NCBI RefSeq assembly: GCF_024023655.1
Contig: NZ_JAJJVQ010000012.1
Source: Citrobacter meridianamericanus
GTDB lineage: Bacteria; Pseudomonadota; Gammaproteobacteria; Enterobacterales; Enterobacteriaceae
DNA length: 32,000 nucleotides
Strand: one strand, 5' to 3'
Both the position numbers and the translations under genes were made by a program. Position 1 is the first letter of the stretch. Each line of letters opens with the position of its first letter. This document shows positions 30,551 to 32,000 of the stretch, piece after piece. The notes under the pieces were generated by a model. It made no database searches. It saw only the letters and a program-made list of their open reading frames with translations, and was not told where the DNA came from.

Positions 30551-30754
30551 ATGAAAAACGTGTTAAAGCCACTCGCTGTCATTTTTACTCTGTTCAGCCT
30601 GACGGGCTGTGGGCTCAAAGGCCCGCTGTATTTCCCGCCAGCAGATAAAACCGCGCCGCCTCCGACCAAGAGCGTTCAGCCGCAATCGCAATCCACCACG
30701 CCTGAGAAAAACGATCGTGGGATTAGTGACGGGCCTTCCCAGGTGAATTACTGA
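30551..30754 (+). CDS. lptM: Small lipoprotein LptM (YifL), 67 aa
   Basis: MKNVLKPLAVIFTLFSLTGCGLKGPLYFPPADK.APPPTK... with the lipobox LTGC matches YifL/LptM. The ATG at 30551 is the homologous start; the tracked ORF starts 14 codons upstream. Confidence 0.9.
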   Translation: MKNVLKPLAVIFTLFSLTGCGLKGPLYFPPADKTAPPPTKSVQPQSQSTTPEKNDRGISDGPSQVNY

Positions 30755-30802
30755 CGGCAGGAATAGATTTATATTTCTGTACCCGCGTGAACGGAGTGAA
30801 TG

Positions 30803-31627
30803 ATGCAATTCTCTAAAATGCATGGCCTTGGCAACGATTTTATGGTCGTCGACGCGGTAACGCAGAATGTCTTTTTCTCACCAGAGCTGATCCGCCGCCT
30901 GTCCGACAGGCATCTCGGCGTTGGATTTGATCAACTGCTGGTGGTTGAACCTCCGTATGATCCGGAGCTGGATTTCCACTACCGTATTTTTAATGCTGAC
31001 GGCAGTGAAGTGTCACAATGTGGCAATGGCGCCCGCTGTTTTGCCCGCTTTGTTCGCCTGAAAGGGCTGACCAATAAGCGCGATATTCGCGTCAGTACCG
31101 CCAATGGTCGTATGGTATTAACCGTAACCGACGACGAGCTGGTGCAGGTGAATATGGGGGAACCCAATTTTGAACCCTCGCAGGTTCCGTTTCGCGCCAA
31201 TAAAGCAGAGAAGACCTATATTATGCGCGCGGCCGAACAGACAGTATTGTGCGGCGTGGTTTCAATGGGGAACCCGCACTGCGTGATTCAGGTTGATGAT
31301 GTTGATACGGCCACAGTAGAAACACTGGGACCGGTTCTGGAAAGCCACGAGCGCTTCCCTGAACGCGCCAATATTGGCTTTATGCAGGTGGTGAAGCGCG
31401 AGCATATCCGACTGCGGGTTTATGAGCGTGGAGCGGGTGAAACGCAGGCCTGCGGTAGCGGGGCGTGCGCCGCTGTTGCGGTTGGTATTCAGCAGGGTCT
31501 GCTGGCAGAAGAGGTGAGGGTGGAATTACCGGGCGGTCGACTTGATATCGCCTGGAAAGGTCCGGGTCATCCGCTGTATATGACAGGCCCGGCGGCACAT
31601 GTCTACGACGGATTTATTCACTTATGA
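30803..31627 (+). CDS. dapF: Diaminopimelate epimerase, 274 aa
   Basis: [82 protein letters not shown]... matches DapF, including both catalytic Cys motifs ([15 protein letters not shown]). GGAG at 30793-30796 is better spaced for the second ATG (30803) than for the first (30800). Confidence 0.95.
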   Translation: MQFSKMHGLGNDFMVVDAVTQNVFFSPELIRRLSDRHLGVGFDQLLVVEPPYDPELDFHYRIFNADGSEVSQCGNGARCFARFVRLKGLTNKRDIRVSTANGRMVLTVTDDELVQVNMGEPNFEPSQVPFRANKAEKTYIMRAAEQTVLCGVVSMGNPHCVIQVDDVDTATVETLGPVLESHERFPERANIGFMQVVKREHIRLRVYERGAGETQACGSGACAAVAVGIQQGLLAEEVRVELPGGRLDIAWKGPGHPLYMTGPAAHVYDGFIHL

Positions 31628-32000
31628 AGCAACCAGGGGAAGAACTACAGGAAACGCTCATGGAGCTCGACGATCGGGCGGTCGTCGATTACCTGCAACG
31701 TAATCCTGAGTTTTTTATCCGTAATGCCCAGGCAGTTGAGGCGATGCGTGTTCCGCACCCGGTGCGCGGCACGGTCTCTTTAGTGGAATGGCATATGGCA
31801 CGGGCGCGTAATCATATTAACGTGCTGGAAGAGAACATGGCGCTGTTGATGGAACAGGCCAACGCCAATGAAAGCCTGTTCTATCGTCTGTTAAATCTGC
31901 AAGGACGTCTGGTGGCGGCCAGCAGCCTTGACGATATGCTGATGCGATTTCATCGCTGGGCGCGTGAGTTAGGGCTGGCAGGAGCGACGGTTCGTCTGTT
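31624..32000 (+). CDS. yigA: DUF484-family protein YigA, 3'-truncated by the window edge
   Basis: [73 protein letters not shown] matches the YigA N-terminus. ATGA overlap with the dapF stop. The frame is open to the end of the window. Confidence 0.88.
   Translation, partial: MKQPGEELQETLMELDDRAVVDYLQRNPEFFIRNAQAVEAMRVPHPVRGTVSLVEWHMARARNHINVLEENMALLMEQANANESLFYRLLNLQGRLVAASSLDDMLMRFHRWARELGLAGATVRL

Overview
The window is an enterobacterial core-chromosome segment. It is collinear, gene for gene, with the E. coli K-12 rep-to-yigA region. In order it contains: rep (5'-truncated), one extra ORF, gppA, rhlB, trxA, the rho leader and rho. Next comes the complete 12-gene enterobacterial common antigen (ECA) cluster: wecA, wzzE, wecB, wecC, rffG, rffH, wecD, wecE, wzxE, wecF, wzyE, wecG. 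After that come yifK, the argX-hisR-leuT-proM tRNA operon, the sRNA glmZ, hemYXDC (minus strand), cyaA, cyaY, lptM (yifL), dapF and yigA (3'-truncated). Gene calls rest on recognisable protein and RNA sequence recalled from memory, not on database searches, plus start-codon and Shine-Dalgarno (SD) context read from the sequence. All ECA genes look intact and are tightly translationally coupled through ATGA or TAATG junctions. I found no CRISPR array, IS element, integrase, phage remnant or recognisable multi-gene defence or accessory system. There are two departures from the K-12 layout. (1) A roughly 1 kb AT-richer insertion lies between rep and gppA. It encodes an unrecognised 318-aa signal-peptide protein with a tandem SH3b-like internal repeat, and it is the only candidate for novel biology here. 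(2) aslB-aslA are absent, so glmZ sits about 115 nt downstream of the proM terminator. Its promoter region carries a sigma-54-like -24/-12 element overlapping an extended -10 sigma-70 element. The remaining observations are minor regulatory or annotation points, and most of the window is ordinary housekeeping sequence.
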